A DNA stretch of 64,000 nucleotides from a virus. The DNA is taken from IMG/VR virus record IMGVR_UViG_3300035053_000267, positions 32,001 to 96,000 of that record; one strand, given 5' to 3'. The notes below the pieces were generated by a model. The model was not told the DNA's origin and ran no database searches. It saw nothing but the letters and a program-made list of their open reading frames with translations. A program made the translations under genes and the position numbers. This document shows, piece after piece, positions 15,136-24,769 of this stretch. Position 1 is the stretch's first letter. Each line of letters begins with the position of its first letter.

Positions 15136-16497
15136 TTATTCTTCATGCAGCGATATAAAAGACGGAGCTCTCAGCGCCCCGCTGTTAAACACATCCTGAT
15201 AATTAACTCTGGCCTTTCTTCCAATATATGCACTAGGATCGTTGGTCATCATTTCTCTGTCTTCATCAGAAAATCCAGTTCCAACTATGCCCTTTACGGG
15301 TCCTCCCGGCTGAGTACTGTACGCAAATCTGCTGTTCATATCCTTAAATTTACCACTTCCAGTAAGAAGATCTTTTATATATACGTCCATCTCCGGACGG
15401 ATCTTTACCTTAATGGGTTTACCTCCTGAAAAAGGATAAGATATCACACCTTCTCTAGTTCGTAAATTACTTTTATCCAGTATCTTATTCCACAAATTAC
15501 GTTTTTCTTCCCGAGTATATGCATATTCAGGCTCATGTAGCTGATTCCCCATGCCTATGGCTTTAATAAAGTCCTGTATAATGGCTCTGCGCTTATTAAC
15601 CGGCATATCATACCATTTATCGGTATTGGTTATTTCCCCGAAAAGAGCCATGTGAGGCTTTATGCTCTCGACAGCCATTCTTTTTCGTGCGTTTTCCGGC
15701 GTAGAGTTCAGCAAGGCAGATAAAGTACTATGAGGTACAGCTTTATTGTTCTTTGAGGCCCATAATTCACCTACAAACTGTCTGTTCCTGTATTCCGCAG
15801 GAACAGTATCCGGCTGTTTAAACCTGAGACGATCCGTATGAACTATAGGTTTTCCTGACTTATCAGTTCTATAACTCATAATTCTTACACTATCGTTCAT
15901 AACGGATAGAAGAGCCTGTGCTCCATCTATTTTTTCACTTAAAACCGAGTCATTATTAAACAGTTTGTCTATTTCAGCGGCAGAAACCTGTTTATATTTA
16001 GGTTTTTTATAGTCCACGGGCTTATTAGGAGTCGTGTTAACTACAAGCCACGATCCCCCTTGAGTCTGTTTGTCCCTTTTTGACCCACTACCGGCCGTAT
16101 CTTTCATTCTCAGCATAATAAAATACTCGGGGTTCTTTTTATCAGCTGTAAGAAACCTTATATAGTTATTACTGGCATCAGTAATGATAATCTTGCCATC
16201 ACGCTCTTTTTTTACTGTACCTTTACCGTATCCGGACGGTATTTTGCCTTCAAAGTCCTTATACGAATACCCGTGGACTGGTTGCTGATACCAGACTCTT
16301 TTGTCTCCCGGTGCAGGTATCTCCTTCTTTGTAGCGAAGGAATACAGCCCTGTACTTGGCGTACCGAACCTTACATCTCTGTGTTTACCGGCTCGCTGGG
16401 CATCATGTTGCTGCACAACGAAATCAACAGGATTACCTGTAGGTAAATCAGAAAATCTTCCAAACCGTCTATAATTATAAGAAGTCTTAGAAAGCAT
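15136..16497 (-). CDS. LigD-type 3'-phosphoesterase fused to ATP-dependent DNA ligase
   Basis: FVVQQHDA..HRDVRFG..SFA PE motifs; EKIDG adenylation motif; VGTGFSD, LRAP OB domain. Confidence 0.85.
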   Translation of the reverse strand: MLSKTSYNYRRFGRFSDLPTGNPVDFVVQQHDAQRAGKHRDVRFGTPSTGLYSFATKKEIPAPGDKRVWYQQPVHGYSYKDFEGKIPSGYGKGTVKKERDGKIIITDASNNYIRFLTADKKNPEYFIMLRMKDTAGSGSKRDKQTQGGSWLVVNTTPNKPVDYKKPKYKQVSAAEIDKLFNNDSVLSEKIDGAQALLSVMNDSVRIMSYRTDKSGKPIVHTDRLRFKQPDTVPAEYRNRQFVGELWASKNNKAVPHSTLSALLNSTPENARKRMAVESIKPHMALFGEITNTDKWYDMPVNKRRAIIQDFIKAIGMGNQLHEPEYAYTREEKRNLWNKILDKSNLRTREGVISYPFSGGKPIKVKIRPEMDVYIKDLLTGSGKFKDMNSRFAYSTQPGGPVKGIVGTGFSDEDREMMTNDPSAYIGRKARVNYQDVFNSGALRAPSFISLHEE

Positions 16498-16553
16498 AAA
16501 AAACCTAGATTTATGCTTTATTATACGTCACCACCGGGATTAAATAAAGGATA

Positions 16554-16769
16554 TTATTTCCTGGATTTTTTTAACTCCTTCTTTAATCTGCATTTAATCA
16601 CCTCAGTAAGAGAAAAACGGCTTTGCATCCATTGATTCCACGTTATCTCTAAAGAAAGGCGCTCATCTGTATCTAAAAAATCAGCGAAGACACATATAAC
16701 CTCGCCTACCAGGCTGACACCTATATTAGATGCACCTAAATCATGTTTTAATTTAAATAGATCTTCCAT
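16554..16769 (-). CDS. Hypothetical protein
   Basis: Overlapping operon packing. Confidence 0.5.
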   Translation of the reverse strand: MEDLFKLKHDLGASNIGVSLVGEVICVFADFLDTDERLSLEITWNQWMQSRFSLTEVIKCRLKKELKKSRK

Positions 16770-17076
16770 GTCTAAACAAGTGTCTCGATTTGAAAAACGA
16801 TATCCATTGGTTGCGTGACAAGCAGGCCGTTAATAGAGCTCCATTTTTGTACACTCTACAGACTGCTTCTCCATAAACAGTATCGCGCTCTTTCATAATA
16901 TAATAGATATTGCCAAACGGATCAGCCCACATCCCATGCTGCTCAACATTAGTGCCTCTAGAAAACAGATGAGCCACATGACCTGCACATATATTAAAAA
17001 AATTCACAACCATAAAAGAACAACATAAGCCTATCATAACAAGACAGGGAACACACAGCAAATAATACATATTCAT
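16753..17076 (-). CDS. Hypothetical membrane protein
   Basis: N-terminal hydrophobic segment. Confidence 0.5.
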   Translation of the reverse strand: MNMYYLLCVPCLVMIGLCCSFMVVNFFNICAGHVAHLFSRGTNVEQHGMWADPFGNIYYIMKERDTVYGEAVCRVYKNGALLTACLSRNQWISFFKSRHLFRHGRSI

Positions 17077-17086
17077 TACAATCTCG

Positions 17087-17464
17087 TTAAAGCATTATAG
17101 TTGACTTCTTCTTTTTAGAGTATTTTTTTCTAGATGCTTTTTTTCTTAAAACCTTGTCGGCTGCTTTTACTGACTTAGTACTCTCTTTATCTTTAGTGTT
17201 CTCAGTTTTTACAGGCTTACTCTTTTTAACTTTAAACTTAATGGCCGCTCCATCGCCGTACACTATATCCTTTTTCAAAAGGGAATACCTGAGATCCCCT
17301 CTCCTGTCATAGGGCTTAACATTAGCTCTTATAGGCATCCCATTGCGTACAGCAATATCAGCTTCAATATCTTTAAGAAGTTCACCAAACTGATAGGCAA
17401 CATCGCAGTCTGTAAAAGGACACGTTGGGTTCATTTCAATTACTAAATTCAAAAAATGTTTCAT
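17087..17464 (-). CDS. Hypothetical protein with Lys-rich tail
   Basis: ATGA overlap; basic C-terminus. Confidence 0.6.
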   Translation of the reverse strand: MKHFLNLVIEMNPTCPFTDCDVAYQFGELLKDIEADIAVRNGMPIRANVKPYDRRGDLRYSLLKKDIVYGDGAAIKFKVKKSKPVKTENTKDKESTKSVKAADKVLRKKASRKKYSKKKKSTIML

Positions 17465-17715
17465 AGGTCAAACTCATAAATCCTTTCAGAATTAAGCAGT
17501 AAACTTTTAACTCCATCTTCCGTAATATTATTAAAATAAAAAACCGTAGTCTTCCTGGATATGTTAGTAGTGGAAAGAACATCATACAGTTTGTCTATTT
17601 TTTCATTCTGTTTTTTTATGTGATCCATTATATACAGGGTACTGACCGATGCGCTTGGCGTAGTACACCCGAAACATAAAATAAAAATCAATACTATAAA
17701 GTTTTTGATATGCAT
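17461..17715 (-). CDS. Putative lipoprotein
   Basis: AAGGAG RBS; hydrophobic stretch ending CFGC. Confidence 0.5.
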   Translation of the reverse strand: MHIKNFIVLIFILCFGCTTPSASVSTLYIMDHIKKQNEKIDKLYDVLSTTNISRKTTVFYFNNITEDGVKSLLLNSERIYEFDL

Positions 17716-17736
17716 ATCAAACTCCTTTTTTAAGTG

Positions 17737-17813
17737 TGGTCGGAGAGGCAGGATTTGAACCTGCGACTTCGTGGTCCCAAACCACGCGTACTGCCAAACT
17801 GTACTACTCTCCG
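17737..17813 (-). tRNA. tRNA-Pro(TGG)
   Basis: CGGAGAG acceptor stem, TTTGGGA anticodon loop, GGTTCAAATCC T-arm, encoded CCA. Confidence 0.93.
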
Positions 17814-17821
17814 ATTCATAG

Positions 17822-17895
17822 TGGGCCCGGCAGGATTTGAACCTGCGACCAGAGAATTATGAGTTCCCTGCTCTAACCAGCTGAGCTACAGGCCC
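17822..17895 (-). tRNA. tRNA with CAT anticodon (Ile2 or Met)
   Basis: GGGCCTGTAGCTCAG...CTCATAA...GGTTCAAATCC...GGGCCCA; followed by CTA not CCA. Confidence 0.88.
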
Positions 17896-17921
17896 GAACA
17901 AATAACAAACTGAGTTCATTA

Positions 17922-17952
17922 TATTATGCCACTAGCATCCTTTTGGTTTAAG
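17922..17952 (-). promoter_or_regulatory. Putative promoter CTTAAA-N18-CATAAT upstream of the tRNAs
   Basis: Same motif as 11129 and 45229. Confidence 0.5.
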
Positions 17953-18739
17953 ATTAACCTTTTTTTCCATCCTGGAAAGATCAGGACGCATACCAATAAA
18001 ACGACCAATATACTCTAAACACCTGGCATCTGTCAACTCAGCAAAAGCTACTTCTAATGTATTATCAGGATAAAGCTTTTTGAATCTCTCCCACTGGCTT
18101 CTGGTTTCCTCCCAATAAAACTCCAGAAAAAATCTAAGTTTATCGAAATCCGGTCTGCCATCAGTGTACAATGAAAAACCATCTATATTTATTCTATTCA
18201 AAACACACCGATCAGTAGGATCAAAAAATGACCGCTGACGCAGCCCTTTTAAAAAAAGACCTGAAATGCTTTGATCCCCTTCTTTTAAGACGGAGCCTGT
18301 GCCTTTTAAGAAAAGAATTAACTGTATCTTCTTTAGGCCTTTCTATATAAATCACTTTATAATCCATATCAGACATTTTAGGCAGAGCCCAGCATGTCCA
18401 CTTCATTTTAAGATCAGTTACAAAAACCCTACCAGCCTCTCCAACTCTAGATACAATCGAGTTAACAGTACGTCTCTGTAAATCAAAAGCCTCATTAGAA
18501 TCAAGATCATTAAGTTTTTTCAGCTTAGAAATATAAAACAGTTTAGACCTCATATTCTCGTGAAAAGTGACCCCATCTTCTGTTTTAAATACTCTGGTTT
18601 TACTCCACGCGCCGTGACCAAAACAGGACGACAGAAACGCAGTCCCCGTTCTTCCAGTTGTGAACAAACAATTAATCTGCATAAAACACCTCACATATAG
18701 TTTAAAGCACCACAAAAAAAAAGAGCAAGGACGCTTCAT
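17932..18739 (-). pseudogene. Sulfotransferase-like P-loop protein split by a frameshift
   Basis: TTGRTGT and VIYIERP motifs in 18221-18739; second frame continues to 17932; T7 run near 18251-18257. Confidence 0.5.
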
Positions 18740-18807
18740 CCCTACTCTTTAATGCCAATAGCTTGTCTGCCTACAGCCAACGAGCAGACAGCAAAAAGCG
18801 AAATTTA

Positions 18808-19479
18808 TTAAATACGAGGCCCGTACTCAGGCTGAGGAGCGCCCAGATTTGACCTCCGTCTCCCAACGGGACCAACAGGAGCCGTACGAACCCCATACTC
18901 ACGCTGCGGGTTAATCAAGTTTGCCGCCCGACTCCCAATAGTCTCGAAAAGAGGATCATTAAGATAATTATGCCAAAAGCTCGTAGGCAAACCGGGCTCG
19001 TCCGACCTCCAATCTATTCTTTTAAACAGATTAGCAGCAGAATACGGATTAAGCTTTGGATCGTTCACAATCTGTGAGAACGCAGATACATCATTGTTAT
19101 CTTTTTTAACTGGAGTGTCATCTTTTTTAACTGGAGTGCCATACTCATTAAAACCATAACCAGCTATAGCTCCAAGAGCGGCCCCAGGCCCAACTCCTTC
19201 ACTAAATCTACCCTTAAGCAGTCCCTGATTAAACAGACCTCCGCCTACACCCCCTATGCCGGCACCAACAGTCGTAGAGAGTAGCTTTCTTTGAACTTCA
19301 GGATCACTAAAATACTCTTTAATAGACTGAACTATACTTTTAGTACTCTCTTTAATGCCATCTGCATTCTCAGCTACACCAGCAGCTTTAAACATATCTA
19401 CAATATCATTAGAAGCGGATTTAGACAGTCCAGCTTCTTTACAGTACCCTATTAATCCTTGTTCAAATGGTGTGCTCAT
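18808..19479 (-). CDS. Glycine-zipper virion-type protein
   Basis: FEQG..YCKEAG..FKAA leader; paralog of 19486-19971. Confidence 0.65.
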   Translation of the reverse strand: MSTPFEQGLIGYCKEAGLSKSASNDIVDMFKAAGVAENADGIKESTKSIVQSIKEYFSDPEVQRKLLSTTVGAGIGGVGGGLFNQGLLKGRFSEGVGPGAALGAIAGYGFNEYGTPVKKDDTPVKKDNNDVSAFSQIVNDPKLNPYSAANLFKRIDWRSDEPGLPTSFWHNYLNDPLFETIGSRAANLINPQREYGVRTAPVGPVGRRRSNLGAPQPEYGPRI

Positions 19480-19485
19480 GACTAT

Positions 19486-19971
19486 TTAATTCCAATCTAT
19501 TCTATTATACAAATTTTCAGAAGAATACGGATAGTAAGGAATCCATGGATTAGATTTAGCCGCACTTTGATAAGTCGGCACTTTAGGGCGGCTATACGTA
19601 TCCAATATCTCTTCCTGACGATCAATATTTTCTACTCTATCTTTTGACCCAGTGCTTTTTCCAGCCTGCATTATTTTCGGCCAGTAATAACCACCAAGAC
19701 CACCAAGGCCTCCACCTAAAGCTGCGCCACGCCAGAAAGAGCCACCACGTAGCATATTAGCTAAACCCATTCCACCGCCACCTAAGGCTACACCTGTAAG
19801 TGTTCTGGAAAGCATTTTCTGATTCTCTGGATCGTTAAGATAATTCGATACAGAGTTTAAAAACCCACCTTCTTCAGCTTGTTTTACTAATTGAACGACT
19901 AGCTCAGAGTCTTGTTCGTTTAAATTAGCTTCTTTACAAAACTCTCTAGCACCTTTTTCAATAGCATTCAT
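19486..19971 (-). CDS. Glycine-zipper virion-type protein
   Basis: IEKG..FCKEA..VKQA leader; YLNDPE shared with neighbour. Confidence 0.65.
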   Translation of the reverse strand: MNAIEKGAREFCKEANLNEQDSELVVQLVKQAEEGGFLNSVSNYLNDPENQKMLSRTLTGVALGGGGMGLANMLRGGSFWRGAALGGGLGGLGGYYWPKIMQAGKSTGSKDRVENIDRQEEILDTYSRPKVPTYQSAAKSNPWIPYYPYSSENLYNRIDWN

Positions 19972-20001
19972 TGGATCGCCTTTTTTACATGTACTGTACT
20001 G

Positions 20002-20220
20002 CTACAGTTTAATACTTTGAACTTCAGGAATTTTATTATACCCTAAAATGTTTAAAATGTCATTAAATCCTTTTTCTCCAGCAGTTTTAAACCAGACGGC
20101 GTCATTTACTTTCATTCCAACCGCAATAGGTTCTCCACTATCTAGTGCCACTATCACATTATTAGCTCCACTTAAAACTACAGGCTCCTTATTACCGCTA
20201 GTTTGAGAAAAAATAATCAT
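20002..20220 (-). CDS. Hypothetical protein
   Basis: ATGA overlap. Confidence 0.55.
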   Translation of the reverse strand: MIIFSQTSGNKEPVVLSGANNVIVALDSGEPIAVGMKVNDAVWFKTAGEKGFNDILNILGYNKIPEVQSIKL

Positions 20221-20885
20221 TGTGACAGCTTCTTAAGAGCATTCGCCAGTTTATATGCCGCAGGCTTTATATTCTGACCTTGCGAAGCTCCATAAATAGC
20301 CTGATTGGCCCCTGGACCAAGCGGGCCGGCAGTTGCCGGCATCCCCGCAGAGGGGTCTCCAACTGAACCAGCACCCATGCCAAACCCCTGAGCGGCACCA
20401 GGCACTGCGCCAGCCTGTTCGGAAGGAGAAGGAGTCATCTCAGTCAACAAAGCTTCAAACATACCAGCGATATCAGATACAGCCTGCTCAAGAGACTGCA
20501 GTCTCTGTTCAATCTGTTTATCACCTTCAGATCCTGAAGAATTATTCTGTTTTTTGTCTTCATCCTTGTTTCCGGACTCGGACATAACTTCACGCACCGC
20601 ACTGACAACATCATCATATGTCAACGCAGAAGAGGGAGGCTCCGGAGAGGGACCAGGCCCCGGAGGCAAGGGCTCGGCAGAGGGGGTGGAGCCTCCCATA
20701 GCACCAAAAGAATCAACAGGCATTGCAGCAGGATCAGCAGACATCATAGCAGCCTCCGGTGGGACGGGGCCAGCAGGTGACGCCATAGGCGGCGCTCCCT
20801 GAGCTTCTGGAAGCATAGGTACAAAAGAATGCTTATCCATACCTTGCAAAGAATCAATAACTAAATCAAAAAGTTGTTTATTCAT
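20217..20885 (-). CDS. Pro/Gly-rich low-complexity protein
   Basis: 222 aa with short coiled coil. Confidence 0.65.
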   Translation of the reverse strand: MNKQLFDLVIDSLQGMDKHSFVPMLPEAQGAPPMASPAGPVPPEAAMMSADPAAMPVDSFGAMGGSTPSAEPLPPGPGPSPEPPSSALTYDDVVSAVREVMSESGNKDEDKKQNNSSGSEGDKQIEQRLQSLEQAVSDIAGMFEALLTEMTPSPSEQAGAVPGAAQGFGMGAGSVGDPSAGMPATAGPLGPGANQAIYGASQGQNIKPAAYKLANALKKLSQ

Positions 20886-20922
20886 ACCATTTATTTTACG
20901 AAAATCGAACGGGCTCCTCTCT

Positions 20923-21324
20923 TTAACCCAGTGAGTTGGCCAACTTGTTAAAGGCCTTAACTGCTTTCTTTTTTAATACAAACTTTGTAATGAGTTTATC
21001 AGCAACAGCCTTCTTATCGACACTGTTTTCCTCCTGATCGCCGTCATCTTCTTCATCAGATTCTTTAGACTGAGCCTGATCACACTCAGCTTTCTTTTCT
21101 ACATCCTCATCATCAGTTGATTGGGTGTCCGGATCGCTGCGCTCTTCTTCCTTGGGGGTCTCAGTATTTTCAACGCTGCCTTCAGAGTTTTCAACGGTTT
21201 TGTCAATTTTAATGCCCTCATCTTCAGCAGCCTGTATTACCTCTTTTTTCAGGTCATCACCTTCAGCTGCCGACTTATGGACAGTATCATTACTAGGATT
21301 CTCATACACATAAATAGAAGTCAT
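20923..21324 (-). CDS. Acidic protein with repeated KxA motifs
   Basis: HKSA, EKKA, DKKA, KKKA. Confidence 0.6.
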   Translation of the reverse strand: MTSIYVYENPSNDTVHKSAAEGDDLKKEVIQAAEDEGIKIDKTVENSEGSVENTETPKEEERSDPDTQSTDDEDVEKKAECDQAQSKESDEEDDGDQEENSVDKKAVADKLITKFVLKKKAVKAFNKLANSLG

Positions 21325-21409
21325 AACATGATCCGTTAGCTAGAGTTAGATTCAAATTATGGTAATAATTATCACACATTAGAAGGGCGTAGTCAACCAC
21401 TAAAACATA

Positions 21410-21438
21410 AAAAGAGGGCCAATTTACGCCCTCTTTTT
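21410..21438 (-). terminator. Intrinsic terminator (bidirectional-type)
   Basis: AAAAGAGGGC/GCCCTCTTTT. Confidence 0.6.
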
Positions 21439-21443
21439 AACGT

Positions 21444-22328
21444 TCACTGAATTACTGCTTTATTTATAAGGTCCATAATGTCAGACTCTTTGAGCATTTT
21501 AGTAGTTTTGGCCAAAGATCCATCATCGGACACCCAACTTACAGCGTCTTGTTGCCTCACTTGTGTAAAGTTTAAAACATCTGTTCCGTCGTTAAAGTCT
21601 ACACAAAACAAACTTAAACCAGAACCACGCGGATCAGGTGCCACCGTTATGGCAACGCTCGGATGGTTATAACAGTACACCCTCAGGCCCCGCTCTACGC
21701 GGTTAGCCATTGTAATGACTGCTTTAAACTTACCAGACGGAGTGTCAAACGTCCGCAGACTGGAGAACTCCTCGACTTCATTCGATTCCACGCCAGCCTG
21801 CACTATAGTCTTAACAATAGTGCCCCCTATTTCTTTCATAAGTTCCAATAAAGGAACCTTGGAGGTACCTAAAGTCGCGTCAGTCCGTATACTTGTAAGC
21901 TCCCCAAACCTGTGTATTAAGGCCTCCGCTATGGGGTCACTATAAACCAGGTGCCTGGGAATCCCCAGATATTCAGATCCGGACCATACTCCTTTATTGT
22001 CCAAAACAGCACAAAATTTTACCCAGTTGAACGCCGCCTTAGCTGTACCCAGTAAGTGATAATAATTCAGAACCAGAGAAAATGCAGAGATCTCAGGGCT
22101 ATTCAGCTGGTGATGATCAAAATTATGAGTCAGCGGGCAATGTACGCCCCCAACATCGACAACCCATTTGTCTCTGTCATCAAGCATATGAGTAGTTACT
22201 CCATTGGAAGAAACTCTCTGTACCTGTTCAACATTCTCCTGAGATGCTATAATGCAGCATGCCAGAAACTCGTCAAAATGCGCACCACCAGTGTGTGTTA
22301 TAATTTTCATAATAAGTATTTTTTGCAA
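21444..22328 (-). CDS. MYG1-family metal-dependent exonuclease
   Basis: THxGxxHxDE, VDVGG, FDHHQ motifs. Confidence 0.8.
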   Translation of the reverse strand: MQKILIMKIITHTGGAHFDEFLACCIIASQENVEQVQRVSSNGVTTHMLDDRDKWVVDVGGVHCPLTHNFDHHQLNSPEISAFSLVLNYYHLLGTAKAAFNWVKFCAVLDNKGVWSGSEYLGIPRHLVYSDPIAEALIHRFGELTSIRTDATLGTSKVPLLELMKEIGGTIVKTIVQAGVESNEVEEFSSLRTFDTPSGKFKAVITMANRVERGLRVYCYNHPSVAITVAPDPRGSGLSLFCVDFNDGTDVLNFTQVRQQDAVSWVSDDGSLAKTTKMLKESDIMDLINKAVIQ

Positions 22329-22444
22329 TCTTTATAAACTGCAAGGACGCCTCTCTTCGCCCGTTTAGTGCCGACCTTCCTCTTAACAAAAAACAGCAAA
22401 CCGCAGCTGAATAAAATTAAGAGCGTACAATATATTATTCCTAT

Positions 22445-23101
22445 TTACTGGAAATAATGAAGCTTAAATATATCGTATTTTCTGGTAAGATACGGCACTC
22501 CATCACTATTAGAATACAGCCATGCCAGAACAATCTGTTTAGACTTCTTACCAACACACAATGAATCTGTGTACTCCCCGACAGACCTTATCTTAAAATC
22601 TGAAGCAACGTCCGCAGACGTAAACTCATTAAACACAGCCATGACCTCTTTGATAAATAAAGGCCGGCCCAATAAAGACATGTAATACCTATTTACACTT
22701 CCATCTCCGTCCATATATCCTAGAATAAACTTTTTACAGGGATCGGCGTAGGTCCTTATGTGCTCAGGAAAAGTATAATTATACGTTTTTCTAGGAATTA
22801 TATTAAATTTTCTTAAATCCTTAGAGATCTGATAAGAAGTAAATCTCAATCGGCATACATGGCACTCAGTGCCTTTAACTGTACGACAATAATCCTCCAC
22901 CTCATTTTCAGCCTGCACAAAATCTCTGAATTTAAGAAGATGATCAAAATCAGCATAAGCCAGCTCAAGACCGATCCTGGACTTTTTGGATACAGTCCCG
23001 TCGGCCGCTAAAAACCCGGCCCAATATAACGCCTCTTCAGTATAAGGATAACTGAAGACGTTTTCTTTTACGTAACCTCTTTTTGACATTCTTTGATGCA
23101 A
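22445..23101 (-). CDS. Free-standing double LAGLIDADG homing endonuclease
   Basis: YWAGFLAADG and FILGYMDGDG. Confidence 0.85.
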   Translation of the reverse strand: MHQRMSKRGYVKENVFSYPYTEEALYWAGFLAADGTVSKKSRIGLELAYADFDHLLKFRDFVQAENEVEDYCRTVKGTECHVCRLRFTSYQISKDLRKFNIIPRKTYNYTFPEHIRTYADPCKKFILGYMDGDGSVNRYYMSLLGRPLFIKEVMAVFNEFTSADVASDFKIRSVGEYTDSLCVGKKSKQIVLAWLYSNSDGVPYLTRKYDIFKLHYFQ

Positions 23102-23298
23102 TCCATGAGGTTTCTAGCCAGACGTTGCTGCTGCGTAACATGCTCCTCTATGGCTTTGATAAACAGAGAAGACCTGGAATCCAAATTAACATCATGATCA
23201 TGAATAATATCAGCCATATGACGAAGCATATAAGCCACATTAAACATATCTACATATATGGTTACCAGGTCGCGATAGTTACAAGCCATAATCCACAC
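23068..23298 (-). CDS. Hypothetical protein
   Basis: Overlaps LAGLIDADG start. Confidence 0.4.
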   Translation of the reverse strand: MWIMACNYRDLVTIYVDMFNVAYMLRHMADIIHDHDVNLDSRSSLFIKAIEEHVTQQQRLARNLMDCIKECQKEVT

Positions 23299-23310
23299 CT
23301 ATTAGTTGAC

Positions 23311-24477
23311 TTATTATTCATAGTTGCATATTATATAAAAATGATTAGAACGGTGTCAATAACGGTTCCTGTAAAAGCAGAGGAGTACTTACCTCTGCTT
23401 AAAGAGGCGTCTGCTATTTTCAATCAACACGTTGAGTGGGCGTTCACTGAAGGAACATATAATAAAAACAAAGCCCACCATGCACTGTACCGTACTATTC
23501 GTGAAGAGTATCCTGAGTTCCCGTCAGCACTAATTCAGTGCGTGCGCGACACCGCAATGGAGGCGATTAAACGAGACAAGTTCAGACACAGACCCTCAAA
23601 GAAGGAAACTTCCGGTATCCGACTCAATAAACTCCTAATTTCAGTTAAAGGGGCTTGGGTATCTTTAGTACATCCAGGAAAGCGTTTTAGGTTTAAAGCC
23701 TCATTTCCTGATTTCTTCAGAGAAGTAATTGAGAATGGAGAGTTCAGGTCCGCTACGCTATGTTACTTGAAGAAAGGTAACAGGATTGTTTTAAATCTAT
23801 CTTACCAGTTAAACAACCCTGAATCCTCTAAAGGCTCCAAGGTATTGGGAGTAGACCGTGGAATTTACAACTTAGCTTCTACTTCAGATGGAAAACACTA
23901 TTCTGGATCTGAGGTAAGAGCACAGCAACGAAAGCACTTATACAAGAAGAGACAGCTCCAAGCAAAAGGTACGAAGTCTGCAAAGAGAAAACTTAAGAAG
24001 ATCTCTGGTAGATACGCACGGTTCAGCAAGGACGTCAACCACTGTATAAGCAAGAGCATTGTATCCGAAGAAGGTCTAAAGACGATAGTTCTAGAGGATC
24101 TAAAAGGGATACGGTCTCAGAGAAGAGGCAAGAAGTTAAACAAGTGGTTGAGCTCGTGGAGCTTTTACCAACTTCAAACCTTTCTTAAGTACAAAGCAGA
24201 GGCCCTAGGAATCAGCGTGGATTACGTAGACGCCAGGTACACCTCTCAAAAATGTAGCTCTTGTGGTTACACAAGCAAGGACAACAGAAATAAACACTCG
24301 TTTACCTGTATATCCTGTGGCCACTCTGAAAATGCCGATACGAATGCTGCTAAAAACATTAAACAGAATTATCTTATCTCCTTACTTGATAAGGAGCAGG
24401 CTGCTGTCAATCAGCCAAATGTCTCACAGGATCTCCTGTAGGGACAAGCTCACCAGCTTGTCTAGTGAGCAGTTGAC
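23311..24477 (+). mobile_element. IS200/IS605-family TnpB-only element (IS1341-like)
   Basis: tnpB on opposite strand to neighbours, AGTTGAC at both ends, hairpins at 3' end. Confidence 0.7.
23341..24441 (+). CDS. tnpB: RNA-guided endonuclease TnpB
   Basis: GVDRG, LEDL, TSQKCSSCG..CISCG, NADTNAA RuvC/Zn motifs; likely start MIRTV. Confidence 0.92.
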   Translation: MIRTVSITVPVKAEEYLPLLKEASAIFNQHVEWAFTEGTYNKNKAHHALYRTIREEYPEFPSALIQCVRDTAMEAIKRDKFRHRPSKKETSGIRLNKLLISVKGAWVSLVHPGKRFRFKASFPDFFREVIENGEFRSATLCYLKKGNRIVLNLSYQLNNPESSKGSKVLGVDRGIYNLASTSDGKHYSGSEVRAQQRKHLYKKRQLQAKGTKSAKRKLKKISGRYARFSKDVNHCISKSIVSEEGLKTIVLEDLKGIRSQRRGKKLNKWLSSWSFYQLQTFLKYKAEALGISVDYVDARYTSQKCSSCGYTSKDNRNKHSFTCISCGHSENADTNAAKNIKQNYLISLLDKEQAAVNQPNVSQDLL

Positions 24478-24769
24478 TGTATCATTCATAAAACCAAGGT
24501 CAAGCCAATAGCTAAAAAGAAGCAGCCTAGCAGGCGAATCTATTCAGCTGCTTCTTAGTGTCTACAGGGTGCACTGTAAAACAAACGGGCAGGAGAGAAT
24601 TCCATAGTGGATGCCTCACTCCCCTGCCCGTCAAAGCGCCTGTGTGTATTGTCCTCATGGATATAGGGGCGCATATTATTATTCCACTCCAACACACCTG
24701 ATTTAACCTCAATTATAATTCTTTCGCTCTTAAATCAGCACATTATTATTCCACTTAACTGCGGCATAA

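Noticed and set aside
23083-23340. N-terminal extension of TnpB in the ORF track
   Set aside because: Lies mostly outside the element boundary and overlaps minus-strand genes; the TnpB-like sequence starts at 23341
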